From Candidatus Hermodarchaeota archaeon (GTDB lineage: Archaea > Asgardarchaeota > Lokiarchaeia > Sigyniarchaeales > SOKP01), in assembly GCA_048885525.1 (NCBI GenBank), contig JBHLLP010000001.1:97227-161226 (forward strand): DNA of 64,000 nt, given 5' to 3'. Position numbers and translations under genes: made by a program. Positions 9,772-19,847 of the stretch are shown here, in pieces. How positions within the stretch are numbered: the first letter of the stretch is position 1; every line of letters starts with the position of its first letter. The notes under the pieces are model-generated. The model was given only the letters and a program-made list of their open reading frames with translations, did no database searches and was not told the DNA's origin.

Positions 9772-10572
9772 ATGTCAAAATATAAGGAAGTTAAGTTTGA
9801 AGTGAAAGAAGAGGTGGGGATAATAACTATAGACCGACCAGAACGAAGAAATGCACTATGTAGAGATGTTTGGGCTAGTATTGGTCAAATCTTATCAGAC
9901 ACTTGGGATGATATAAACGTAAGAGTTATAATTCTAACAGGAAATGACGATGAATATAAGGGTGGTCGTGCCTTTTCAGCAGGACTAGATATAAAAGAAA
10001 TGTCCTCTACGGGTTTTAAGAATTTAGGAGATTTTTTAGGGATCTTACTCGATCCTTGTGAATTAATGGCAAGGTATCCGAAACCGATAATAGCAGCGAT
10101 AAATGGTTATGCTTATGCTGGAGGTCTTGAACTAACATTATGGTGTGATTGTACTATTGCAGCTGATGATGCCGTAATGGGATTCTGGGAAAATCGGAGA
10201 GGTTTAGCAAGTGGTGTTGCATTCCTATTACTTCCTGAATTGATTGGAATGCGTTATACTAAAGAATTGCTATTAACGGGAAAAATTATTTCTGCTGATG
10301 AAGCCTTTAGGATGGGTTTAGTTAATAAAGTAGTTCCTCACAACAACTTAATGAAAGCTGCGAGGGATATGGCAGACGAAATGAAAAAGGTTGCCCCCTT
10401 AAGCCATAAATGGACTAAAAAATGGTTTCAACAAGGATACCATTATACCAGAACTAGAGCAATAGGTAGTTTATGGGAACCATTCCAAGAATTATTCCAT
10501 AGCGAAGATGTTATAGAAGGTTTTACCTCTTTCATGGAGGAAAATAGAGAGCCTAAATGGAAGGGAAAATGA
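9772..10572 (+). CDS. Enoyl-CoA hydratase/isomerase (crotonase family)
   Basis: AFSAGLDIKE, AAINGYAYAGGLE; both catalytic Glu positions occupied. Confidence 0.93.
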   Translation: MSKYKEVKFEVKEEVGIITIDRPERRNALCRDVWASIGQILSDTWDDINVRVIILTGNDDEYKGGRAFSAGLDIKEMSSTGFKNLGDFLGILLDPCELMARYPKPIIAAINGYAYAGGLELTLWCDCTIAADDAVMGFWENRRGLASGVAFLLLPELIGMRYTKELLLTGKIISADEAFRMGLVNKVVPHNNLMKAARDMADEMKKVAPLSHKWTKKWFQQGYHYTRTRAIGSLWEPFQELFHSEDVIEGFTSFMEENREPKWKGK

Positions 10573-10614
10573 AATCTTTTTTTATTTAAAATTAAAAGTT
10601 AAGAGGTATAAAAA

Positions 10615-10944
10615 ATGGCAGATGAAGAATTAGTAGAAGGTATTAAAAAAATGGTTAGTAAATTAGAGGACCCTGCGTATCAAGAAAGATTCGCAGATTT
10701 TAACAAAATATTACAATTCAATTTTACTGACACTAACAATTACTATCTTGTATTTAAGGATGCAAAATGTGAAATTAAAGAAGGTGAAATTGAAGACCCA
10801 GATATAACAATAACAACTCAAAGTGAAGTTATTATTGATATCATGGACGGCGAATTAAGTCCAACAAAAGCGTTTATGGGTGGCAAACTTAAAGCAAAGG
10901 GTCCTATGAAAGATATGCTTAAAATGCAAATGTTAATGAAGTAG
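10615..10944 (+). CDS. SCP2 sterol/lipid-binding domain protein
   Basis: PDITI...GELSPTKAFMGGKLKAKG signature. Confidence 0.9.
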   Translation: MADEELVEGIKKMVSKLEDPAYQERFADFNKILQFNFTDTNNYYLVFKDAKCEIKEGEIEDPDITITTQSEVIIDIMDGELSPTKAFMGGKLKAKGPMKDMLKMQMLMK

Positions 10945-10961
10945 AGGAGTAAACTTATTAA

Positions 10962-10972
10962 TTTTTTTTTTT
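10962..10972 (+). terminator. Oligo-T tract (T11), possible intra-operon terminator
   Basis: T11 about 17 nt after the SCP2 stop codon; archaeal termination uses U-tracts. Confidence 0.35.
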
Positions 10973-11010
10973 CATTTAATATTAAGATAAGAATAAATTA
11001 GGTTTTTAAA

Positions 11011-11829
11011 ATGGAATTCAAATATCTTTTATTTGAAGTTAAAAACAATGTTGGTATTATTACTTTCAATAGAGAATATAAATTAAATGCTATAAATGGC
11101 AAAATGTTTGATGAAATCGGTGAAGCTTTAGACGAAATCACTACTAATAAAGATATTCGAGCAGCGATTATTACTGGAAAAGGTCGCGCTTTTTCAACTG
11201 GAGGAGATTTTGATCAAGCAAGCCAGGGAATGGCAGGAGATGTAGATAGTGTGGAAGATGGAGGAAAAATGCAATCAGGAGAACTTGAAGTTGATGTTTC
11301 TCAAAAAAGAACAGTTTTAAAATTACAGAAAACACCTAAACCAATTATAGCTGCAATAAATGGGCTGGCATTAGGAGGAGGGTTAAATATCGCGATAAAC
11401 TGTGATTTAATTTATGCTGCAGAAAATGCAGAACTTGGCACTTTTTTTATGAAAAGAGCGATTATTCCGGAAATGTCTTCCACCTATATTCTCCCCAGAT
11501 TAGTGGGAATACATAAGGCGAAGGAGTTGATCTTTTTCGGTGATAGATTTAGCGCTCAAGAAGCCTTAAAAATAGGTTTAATCAATGGAGTATTTCCCGC
11601 TCAAAATTTCATGGATAAAGTTATGGAAGTAGCTGAGCGCTTAGCAAAAGGCCCTACTTATTCGATTGGATTAGCAAAATTAGCAATCAATAAACTTCTT
11701 GAAGATAAAACAATACAGGCTCTAGATAATGAAGCTGATGCATTATTCAAAGCATTTGATTCTGAAGATTTTACTGAAGGATTATTAGCATTTTTTGAAA
11801 AAAGGGATCCTAACTTTTTAGGGCGTTAA
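11011..11829 (+). CDS. Crotonase-family protein (PaaG-like isomerase type)
   Basis: AFSTGGD, AAINGLALGGGLN; canonical Glu residues absent, IIPE motif instead. Confidence 0.9.
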   Translation: MEFKYLLFEVKNNVGIITFNREYKLNAINGKMFDEIGEALDEITTNKDIRAAIITGKGRAFSTGGDFDQASQGMAGDVDSVEDGGKMQSGELEVDVSQKRTVLKLQKTPKPIIAAINGLALGGGLNIAINCDLIYAAENAELGTFFMKRAIIPEMSSTYILPRLVGIHKAKELIFFGDRFSAQEALKIGLINGVFPAQNFMDKVMEVAERLAKGPTYSIGLAKLAINKLLEDKTIQALDNEADALFKAFDSEDFTEGLLAFFEKRDPNFLGR

Positions 11830-11851
11830 TTAAATTTTTAATGATTAAAAA

Positions 11852-12274
11852 ATGAATGAGGAAAAAGCTAAAAGATTATTGATGATTTTCTCCTTGATTG
11901 GAGGAATTTATGAAATATTATTTGGGGTATTAATGATCTTTTTTATTATCCCGTTGTTGAATTTATTAGGAGCAAGTATTACACAATTAGAATTTCCAAT
12001 TTTTTCTCAAACTGGAGGATTATTAGCTATAATTTTAGGTTTGATCTTGTCGTTCTCATCTCAAAATATCGAGAAATATTTGTTAAACATTATTTTAATA
12101 ACGATCCTACGTTTTTTAATTCAAATAATAATTATTATTAATATAGTAATTATTCCTGAGATAGCAATAGGCTTGCTGTTATTTGGTTTAATGGATATTA
12201 TATTTGCCTTAATTACAATTTACTTAATAAGAATTGCAAAATTATCCTTTAACATTTTTAAAGTTATAAAATAA
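11852..12274 (+). CDS. Hypothetical membrane protein (4 TM)
   Basis: Four strongly hydrophobic segments; inside the operon. Confidence 0.75.
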   Translation: MNEEKAKRLLMIFSLIGGIYEILFGVLMIFFIIPLLNLLGASITQLEFPIFSQTGGLLAIILGLILSFSSQNIEKYLLNIILITILRFLIQIIIIINIVIIPEIAIGLLLFGLMDIIFALITIYLIRIAKLSFNIFKVIK

Positions 12275-13000
12275 TTGAGTCATCAAATTATGCAACCATA
12301 TAAAATAATAAACGAAGTTTTAGCAGAAAATAGATCCTTTTTAATGGAACATGAAAGTAAGGATTTTCTTTCTTTATATGATATTCCTGTAGGAGAGTAT
12401 AAGAATACAAAAACACAAAGTGAAGCTATAGAATTTGCAAACGAAATTGGTTATCCTGTGGTAGCCAAATTAATGAGTCCTGATATAATACACAAAACAG
12501 ATGCCAAAGTTATCAGGTTAAATATTAAATCGGAAGAGGAGTTGATTCAAGCTTATGAGGAAGTAATTGAAAATGGTAAAAATTACAAATCAGATGCAAA
12601 AATTATTGGAGTTAATATCCAAAAAATGGTTAAAAATGGTATTGCTGAGATTATTATAGGCGGTATACGAGATAAAAATTTCGGACCTGTTCTTATGTTT
12701 GGATTTGGAGGTATTTTTGTTGAAATCTTTAAAGATGTATCATATAGAGTTTGTCCAATCACAATGGAAAATGCAAACAAGATGATCAGAAGTATTAAAG
12801 CTTTTCCCTTATTGAATGGATATCGTGGACACCCTAAGGGAGATATTGATCAAATTATTGATATCCTCTTAAAATGCTGCCATCTTTTATTAAAAAATCC
12901 TGAAATAGCCGAAATCGATTTAAATCCTGTTATTGTATTTGAGGTTGGCAAGGGAATAACGGTGGTAGATGCTCGAATTATTTTGAAGGAGGTCAATTAA
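12275..13000 (+). CDS. acdB: ADP-forming acyl/acetate-CoA ligase beta (ATP-grasp) subunit
   Basis: GYPVVAK, IIHKTD, FGPVLMFGFGGIFVE, EIDLNP, VVDAR; start may be ATG 12290. Confidence 0.92.
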   Translation: MSHQIMQPYKIINEVLAENRSFLMEHESKDFLSLYDIPVGEYKNTKTQSEAIEFANEIGYPVVAKLMSPDIIHKTDAKVIRLNIKSEEELIQAYEEVIENGKNYKSDAKIIGVNIQKMVKNGIAEIIIGGIRDKNFGPVLMFGFGGIFVEIFKDVSYRVCPITMENANKMIRSIKAFPLLNGYRGHPKGDIDQIIDILLKCCHLLLKNPEIAEIDLNPVIVFEVGKGITVVDARIILKEVN

Positions 13001-13001
13001 G

Positions 13002-14462
13002 TTGTCAAAATTAATTGAATTTGAAGGATTTTTCAACCCAAAATTGGTTGCATTCTATGGAGCTTCTAATATGATGCAAAAATTTGGCAGTATTCACCTT
13101 ACAAATTTATTGTCTGCAGGATTTCAAGGTAAAGTGATTCCTATTCATCCAAAAGAAAAAAAAATCTTAGGTTTCAAAACCTATAAAAATATAAAAGACG
13201 TTCCCGAGCAAGTAGATTTAGCAGTAATGGCAATTAATCCAATGTTAATTAATAATGTTCTCGAGGATTGTGGCCAAAAAGGAGTGAAACATGTTATTAT
13301 TTTATCTGGAGGGTTTTTGGAAGTAGGAAATAAAGATGCTCAAGATAAAATGAAAGAAATTGCTGAAAAATATAATATTAAAATCATGGGCCCTAATTGT
13401 TCCGGTGAGGTGATTACCCCCACAGTGAATATAACTCATGTACCATGGCCTCCAAGAAAAGGTGGTGTATCAATTGTCTCACAATCGGGAACATATGCTG
13501 TTCAGCCATTAATTGCGATCAGTTCAAAAATTGGATTAGGGATTTCAAAAATAATTTCTGTTGGTAATGAAGTTAATACCGATCTAGTTGATTATTTAGA
13601 AATTTTTGAAGAAGATGATGAAACTAAAGCAATTGGAATCTACTTTGAGGCAGTTAGGAGAGGAAAAGAATTCATCGAGTTGGTAGAAAGAATTAACAAG
13701 AAAAAACCAATAGTAATAATACCAATTGGTCAAACAGAAGCAGGAACACGATCAGCAAAATCTCATACAGCAGCAATCACATCTCCGGGTTATGTTATAG
13801 ATTCAGTATGTGAACAAACAGGAGCAATAAAAGTCAAGAATAGTATAGATATGTTAAATTTACTTAATGCTTTCGATTCTCTACCACTTCCTAGAGGAAA
13901 TCGAGTAGCTATATTAACATTGGGAGGAGGTCCAGGAACATTAATGTCAGATCTATTTGAAAATAATGGAATGAATGTTCCAATGCTTAGTAAAGAATTA
14001 CAAGAGAAATTAAAACCATGGATGCCAGAAACTGCATCAACAATAAATCCAATTGATTTAACATATTCAGATGATATGCAAAATTTCTTAAATGTACTTC
14101 CAGAAATTCTATTAAAAAGCAATGAAATTGATTCACTCATTTTTTATGGTCTCATGGGGACTGAATATTTTAAGAACTTAGTAGATGTACCAGATTTTAT
14201 GAGAGAACATGAGAGTGTCATCACCATGAGAAATTTTGGAGAAATGATGGAAGATTTCTTTATTGCACTTTTCGATGAGATTATTGAGTTTAAAGAGAAA
14301 TATCAAAAACCTATTATTTTAACTTGCTATAACACTAGAGAAGAAAAATTTGTAACCTACTTACAAGATCATGGAATTCCTGTTTATTATCCTGAAGAAG
14401 GAGTATGGACTCTCATAAGAATGTGGCAATATGCTAAATTTTTAAAATTAAAAGATGAGTAA
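13002..14462 (+). CDS. acdA: ADP-forming acyl/acetate-CoA ligase alpha (CoA-binding) subunit
   Basis: GPNC, SQSG, SVGNE, phospho-His motif AKSHTA, NPIDLT. Confidence 0.92.
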   Translation: MSKLIEFEGFFNPKLVAFYGASNMMQKFGSIHLTNLLSAGFQGKVIPIHPKEKKILGFKTYKNIKDVPEQVDLAVMAINPMLINNVLEDCGQKGVKHVIILSGGFLEVGNKDAQDKMKEIAEKYNIKIMGPNCSGEVITPTVNITHVPWPPRKGGVSIVSQSGTYAVQPLIAISSKIGLGISKIISVGNEVNTDLVDYLEIFEEDDETKAIGIYFEAVRRGKEFIELVERINKKKPIVIIPIGQTEAGTRSAKSHTAAITSPGYVIDSVCEQTGAIKVKNSIDMLNLLNAFDSLPLPRGNRVAILTLGGGPGTLMSDLFENNGMNVPMLSKELQEKLKPWMPETASTINPIDLTYSDDMQNFLNVLPEILLKSNEIDSLIFYGLMGTEYFKNLVDVPDFMREHESVITMRNFGEMMEDFFIALFDEIIEFKEKYQKPIILTCYNTREEKFVTYLQDHGIPVYYPEEGVWTLIRMWQYAKFLKLKDE

Positions 14463-14494
14463 TTTTTCTTTTGGTTTTTGTCTATATTTTTATA

Positions 14495-14790
14495 CTATAA
14501 CCCTTTAACTTTTTTTAATCATACGTGGGGTAGTACAATAAAATTTAACTTTTGGATATCCGAATGTAATTACACCGACTTCTTTTCTCATATATTCGCT
14601 AACTTCATTATCCTTGGATTAATTTTCATTGACATATGAGTCCAACCATTCCAATATGTTCCTAAACCAAGAGGTTTTTCTGCTAATCTTCCGTAAATAA
14701 TTACGTTCGCAATATTACGGGATTTAATGTCTAAATCCATGGAAGAATATACTAAAATAATGTGAGGTGTATTTTCTTTGAGTTCTTTGT
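14495..14790 (-). pseudogene. Remnant of a nitroreductase-family gene (C-terminal part only)
   Basis: Manual translation: PHIILVYS...YGRLAEKPLGLGTYWNGW...KLANI*(TGA 14590-14588), frameshift, VGVITFGYPKVKFYCTTPR, frameshift, VKGL*; no N-terminal half. Confidence 0.75.
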
Positions 14791-14871
14791 TTTAATCCAT
14801 ATAGCAAATTATGTTTACAAATCATCTCAATTTTGGTATTATATTAAAGAAGAGCCGAATTATAACTAATT

Positions 14872-15009
14872 ATGCTGAAATGGTGTCATAAATGTGGGAT
14901 GATTCGTTCAATGAAAGACTTAGTGCTATTAGAGAACGGAAATTATCTGTGTTTCTTATGCTGGAACGAGTTTAATAAAGAAAAAGATAAAAAATCAAAA
15001 GAGGAATGA
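14872..15009 (+). CDS. 45-aa zinc-finger microprotein, absent from the ORF track
   Basis: MLKWCHKCGMIRSMKDLVLLENGNYLCFLCWNEFNKEKDKKSKEE*; CxxC...CxxC. Confidence 0.7.
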   Translation: MLKWCHKCGMIRSMKDLVLLENGNYLCFLCWNEFNKEKDKKSKEE

Positions 15010-15033
15010 TTTATATATATTTTTTATAATTTA

Positions 15034-15255
15034 TTAATCATAAGAGATAAGAAATGTATATTTCTCAAGATTAAACTTCTTTATTTTTATCTCGTTGTTT
15101 TTTTCTTTTTTTGGAAAAAGAGGCATTTTGATTACTATTTTATATTTATCTAAGTAAAAATTATTATAAAAAACATTCTCAAATTTATCCCAATCTATAA
15201 ATTTTTGAATGGAAATCTGATTATTTTTTATTGTTGGTATTAAAGACATAGCCAT
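15034..15255 (-). CDS. Small hypothetical protein (73 aa)
   Basis: ATG-initiated ORF filling an otherwise empty gap; no recognised motif. Confidence 0.55.
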   Translation of the reverse strand: MAMSLIPTIKNNQISIQKFIDWDKFENVFYNNFYLDKYKIVIKMPLFPKKEKNNEIKIKKFNLEKYTFLISYD

Positions 15256-15641
15256 TTTTTTAATTTTTACAGAGATTTATTAAATTTTAATAAATGTGAA
15301 CAATTTTATTTTTTAATACTTTTATAATGCTGTAATTGTTCCGAAATAACAAATAGATGGTTATTTCTGAATGATAGCGTAAAATGGTACCATCTATATT
15401 ATAATAAATTGTATATTTAAATGTTTCTTTAATATTATTTAAAGAAAGATTAATCGTTTAACATTAGCTATGAACTTCTTATTAATGAGAGTTTATTTTC
15501 CATGCGATTTTTTAATAATAATAACCTTTAATCAAGGTTTTCTTAAAATTAAAGACAAAATAGTACAAAATTGAAATCATTTTTGGATAAACTTTTTAAA
15601 TCTGATTTTATTTAAATTTAAAAGAAATTTGGAAGTTAAAT

Positions 15642-17606
15642 ATGGAAACTGGCTTTTTTGGAAGAGTCTTATGGATTAACCTTACAGAAGAGAATTTTAA
15701 AGAGGTAAAAATAAACAAAGAGATATATAGGCAATATCTCGGAGGATATGGGTTAGGTGTAAAATTAATTTACGAAAAAATGCCTGCTAAATTAGATCCA
15801 TTAGATCCTGAATCTGTCTTCGGATTTTTTCCAGGACTATTAACAGGAACTGCAGCACCATTTTCTGGAAGGTATATGGTAGCTGGCAAATCTCCACTTA
15901 CGGGAACTTGGGGTGATTCTAATTCTGGAGGAATTTTTGGGCCAGAAATAAAAAAATGTGGATACGATGCTATTCTTTTTAAAGGAATCGCCAATTCGCC
16001 TAAATATCTCTATATTACTGGGGATAATAAAGAAATTTTAGATGCTTCAAAAATCTGGGGTTTAGATATAATTGCAACAGAAAAAAAATTGAAAGAAAAA
16101 CATGGTAAATTTATTAAAACTGCAGCAATTGGAAAAGCTGGTGAAAATTTATCTCGTATTTCTGGAATTGGTAATGACAAAGGAAGAATTGCTGCTCGAG
16201 CGGGATTAGGGGCAATTATGGGTTCAAAAAATTTAAAAGCTTTAGTTTTAAAGGGGGATAGGAAGATTTCCATTTACAACAAAGAAAAATTCTTAAAATT
16301 AATAAGATTTTATAATGAAAGCGGAACACATGAGGAACCTAACAAATTAATTCGATCAATTCTGAAAAATGTTCCAAGATTGGCTAAAACTATTCGTAGA
16401 TTTAGAATTGGATTCACGGGGCCCCCAAAAATGATCCGAGAAATTTACAAATCTTTTGGAACTAGCGTTGGAAACACAATTTCAGCAGAATCAAATGATT
16501 CTCCAATAAAAAATTGGAGTGGAATCGGTATGTATGATTTTCCATTTAAAAAATCTAATAATTTATCTGCAATAAAGATTCAAAAATATAAAATCAGAGA
16601 ATATGGATGTTTTAGTTGTCCAGTTCAATGTGGTGGAATTTTAAAAGTACCAGAATTAGATCTAGATGAAACACACCTTCCAGAATATGAAACTTGTTGT
16701 TCATTTGGTGCCCTCTTACTTAATGATGATCTAATCTCAATATTCGAGTTAAATGAATTATGTAATCGCGCAGCAATAGATACGATATCTACAGGTGCTA
16801 CTATCGCTTTTGCTATAGAATGTTTTGAAAATGGTATTCTAACTAAAAAAGATACTGATGGGTTAGAATTAACATGGGGAAACTCAAAATCTATTGTTGA
16901 ATTAGCTAAAAAGATAATAAACCGTGATGGAATAGGAGATATTTTAGCAGATGGATGTAAAATTGCGGCACAAAAAATAGGAAAAGATTCAGATAAATAT
17001 GCGATAACATCCTTAGGTTCTGAAATTGCTATGCATAATCCAAGAGTTTTTCCTTCATTAGCTTTTACATATAATTATGATCCAACTCCTGGAAGACATA
17101 CTGCCGCAAGTATTGATTTTATTGACATTGGACCAATAAATAAATTTCAAAAGGGATTTAAACTACCAAAAGGGTGGAAAAAGAATGACAAGAAGAAACA
17201 AGAAGGTCAAAAATTAGTTACTGCCTTTCATCAAGTTCTTAGTAGTGTTGGGCTATGTATGTTTTCAACTTTGTTTGGATCATATCCTCTTATCGATCTG
17301 ATTAATAATTTAACTGGATGGGATATTAAAGTTGACGAAATTATAAAAATTGGATTAAGAATTCAAACATTACGTCAATCATTCACTTTACGGGAAGAGA
17401 TAGACATTGCTAATAATAAATTACCCTATAGAGTTACTGGTCATCCTCCAGACGATAAAGGCCCAACAAAAGGTATATCAGTTGAATATGAAGAATTTTA
17501 CCGAGGATTCTGTCGTGAAATGGGATGGAATCCTAAAAATGGATACCCTTTAATAGAAACTCTAAAAGATCTAAATTTGGATTTTGTTATAAAGGATTTA
17601 TATTAA
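15642..17606 (+). CDS. aor: Aldehyde:ferredoxin oxidoreductase family (tungstopterin)
   Basis: KSPLTGTWGDSNSGG, AARAGLGAIMGSKNLKA, CFSCPVQC, PEYET, DTISTG. Confidence 0.95.
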   Translation: METGFFGRVLWINLTEENFKEVKINKEIYRQYLGGYGLGVKLIYEKMPAKLDPLDPESVFGFFPGLLTGTAAPFSGRYMVAGKSPLTGTWGDSNSGGIFGPEIKKCGYDAILFKGIANSPKYLYITGDNKEILDASKIWGLDIIATEKKLKEKHGKFIKTAAIGKAGENLSRISGIGNDKGRIAARAGLGAIMGSKNLKALVLKGDRKISIYNKEKFLKLIRFYNESGTHEEPNKLIRSILKNVPRLAKTIRRFRIGFTGPPKMIREIYKSFGTSVGNTISAESNDSPIKNWSGIGMYDFPFKKSNNLSAIKIQKYKIREYGCFSCPVQCGGILKVPELDLDETHLPEYETCCSFGALLLNDDLISIFELNELCNRAAIDTISTGATIAFAIECFENGILTKKDTDGLELTWGNSKSIVELAKKIINRDGIGDILADGCKIAAQKIGKDSDKYAITSLGSEIAMHNPRVFPSLAFTYNYDPTPGRHTAASIDFIDIGPINKFQKGFKLPKGWKKNDKKKQEGQKLVTAFHQVLSSVGLCMFSTLFGSYPLIDLINNLTGWDIKVDEIIKIGLRIQTLRQSFTLREEIDIANNKLPYRVTGHPPDDKGPTKGISVEYEEFYRGFCREMGWNPKNGYPLIETLKDLNLDFVIKDLY

Positions 17607-17638
17607 AGCCATATTTTTCTTTATAAAATTACTATCTA

Positions 17639-18124
17639 GTGGAATACATTATTATGAATGATACAAAACCTATTGATTTGAATTCTTTTATAAAGACCAC
17701 TGTGGTTAAAAATTACATAAAAGTAAGAGGAAAACATTCACCAATTTCAGAAATTGTCAATAAAGTTTCCAAATCTTTATCAGTAAAAAAAATCTATGAT
17801 TTGAGAGAAAGAGAAAATCATTTTTATGTTATAATAGTAAAAAATTATTCTAAGCATCCAAAATTAAGATATTTCATAGCAATTTCATTAGCAAATAATA
17901 GTTCTGATTTATTAGTTCAACTCGCAAGAAACATAGCTGTCAGAAATGATTTAAAATTGATTCAATATTCAATCTTTCCAAAGACCTTAAGAATTCAATT
18001 ATTATTACTAAAAGAAATTAAAAAAGTTGAAGATTATGCTATCTTTATTGAAAAACTGAAAACTTTTAGAAAAGAATTTCGTACTAAACTCAGCAATTTA
18101 AGGAATTTAGTGGAAAATGAATAA
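17639..18124 (+). CDS. Hypothetical basic protein
   Basis: Intact ORF between aor and pyk; no motif recognised; start could be ATG 17654. Confidence 0.65.
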   Translation: MEYIIMNDTKPIDLNSFIKTTVVKNYIKVRGKHSPISEIVNKVSKSLSVKKIYDLRERENHFYVIIVKNYSKHPKLRYFIAISLANNSSDLLVQLARNIAVRNDLKLIQYSIFPKTLRIQLLLLKEIKKVEDYAIFIEKLKTFRKEFRTKLSNLRNLVENE

Positions 18125-18214
18125 TTTTTAAGGATGAACATAATAATATTATTATCATAATAATTTTCATTTTAGAATCCGAAATACTTTAAACTTAAGA
18201 AAAGGTTAATAAAA

Positions 18215-19693
18215 ATGTCATTTAGAGAGAATACTGTAAAGATCGTCTCAACATTAGGTCCAGCTTCAAGTTCAAAGACGATGCTTAAAAATTTAATAGA
18301 AGCTGGAGTTGATATTTTTAGATTAAATTTTTCCCATGGATCTCATGATGAAAAACGAGAATTATTTAATAGAGTTAGAGAAGTAAGTGAATATACAGGA
18401 ATATTAGCTGATATTCAAGGACCTAAAATCAGAGTGGGAAAATTTAAGGAAGATCAAGCATATAGCTTAAGTATCGGTCAAGAAGTTAAAGTTTTTGAAA
18501 AAGATATTGAAGGTGATCAAAAACAATTTTCAGTTCCTTTAGAGGGTTTTCTTAAATCAATAAGAGTCGGAGATGTATTCTTTGTAAATGATGGAATTAT
18601 TAAAATTAAAGTCATCAGAAAAGAATCAGACCATATAGTAGGAGAAGTACTAGCTGGAGGCATGATCAGCAACAGAAAAGGAGTCAATATTCCAACTGGA
18701 GAATTATCTCAAAGAGTTCCTACTGAAAAAGACATAGAAGATCTTAAATTTATTGCTGAAATGGATCCTGAATATGTAGCAATTTCATTTGTAGCAAGTG
18801 GAGATGATGTCTTAAATGTTCGACGAATTCTTGAGAATTATGGAAATTCTAAAATAAAATTAATTTCAAAAATCGAACGACCTATAGCATTAACTAATTT
18901 TGATCAAATCCTAGAAGTAAGCGACGGAATCATGGTTGCTAGAGGAGATTTAGGAGTTGAAATAGATCCGGATAAAGTACCATTATGGCAAAAAGAAATG
19001 ATATATAAAGCTAATCGAGAGGGAAAACCCATTATTGTAGCAACTCAAATGCTAGAATCAATGATCTCTAATCCTATACCTACCAGAGCAGAAGCCAATG
19101 ATGTATATAATGCTGTTATGGATGGAACTGATGCAGTAATGCTTTCAGCAGAAACTGCAATGGGAAAATATCCTATTAATTCTGTTCAATATATGAATCA
19201 AATTGCTAAAACTGCAACTGAAAATATGCCTAAAAGAATTCCTGATGAATATGATTCTGATCGATTAACTCATACTCAAACTCTTGGACATGCTATACAT
19301 TCTTTGGCATCAGAAATGCAAGAATTAAATTTTAGGGGGAAAATTTTGGTGATCACGAGGAGAGGTTATGGAGCTAGAATGATAGCGAAATATCGACCTC
19401 CTTTACCAATAATTGCAATAACACCACGTAAAAGAACAGCTAGAGAATTAAATCTAGTTTGGGCTGTTCAAGCTATTCAAATTGCAAATATTGATTTCTT
19501 CAATATGGATGCTGAAGAGATAATAGAGCAATCTGTTAAACTCGCCGTTGAAAATAAATTATTAGACGAGAATGAGCATGTAATAATCTTATTGGTTTCA
19601 AGAAAATTTGAACGTAGAGGAAATTTGGTAGGTTTTTATTATGTTGGTGAAATTATCGAATCTAAATCTGAAAAAAAGAAATTGAATAATTAA
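18215..19693 (+). CDS. pyk: Pyruvate kinase
   Basis: STLGPAS, RLNFSHG, DIQGPKIR, KIE, MVARGDLGVE, ATQMLESM, PTRAE. Confidence 0.97.
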   Translation: MSFRENTVKIVSTLGPASSSKTMLKNLIEAGVDIFRLNFSHGSHDEKRELFNRVREVSEYTGILADIQGPKIRVGKFKEDQAYSLSIGQEVKVFEKDIEGDQKQFSVPLEGFLKSIRVGDVFFVNDGIIKIKVIRKESDHIVGEVLAGGMISNRKGVNIPTGELSQRVPTEKDIEDLKFIAEMDPEYVAISFVASGDDVLNVRRILENYGNSKIKLISKIERPIALTNFDQILEVSDGIMVARGDLGVEIDPDKVPLWQKEMIYKANREGKPIIVATQMLESMISNPIPTRAEANDVYNAVMDGTDAVMLSAETAMGKYPINSVQYMNQIAKTATENMPKRIPDEYDSDRLTHTQTLGHAIHSLASEMQELNFRGKILVITRRGYGARMIAKYRPPLPIIAITPRKRTARELNLVWAVQAIQIANIDFFNMDAEEIIEQSVKLAVENKLLDENEHVIILLVSRKFERRGNLVGFYYVGEIIESKSEKKKLNN

Positions 19694-19847
19694 ATTGAAT
19701 TCTCAATGATTATTTAAACAATAAGGTTATTGAATTTTAACTAAATACTATATAAACTATTTTAAATTTTAATAAGTTATAGATTTTTATTTACCAAATT
19801 AAAATCTATTATTATTAGAATTAAAAAAATGGATTGAGGTAAAAATT

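Noticed and set aside
14588-14590. In-frame TGA as selenocysteine
   Set aside because: Not at a Cys-type position and accompanied by frameshifts and truncation; gene decay explains it
15353-15397. Hairpin as SECIS or C/D-box RNA
   Set aside because: Contains CTGA/ATGA words, but geometry does not fit and no selenoprotein candidate is adjacent
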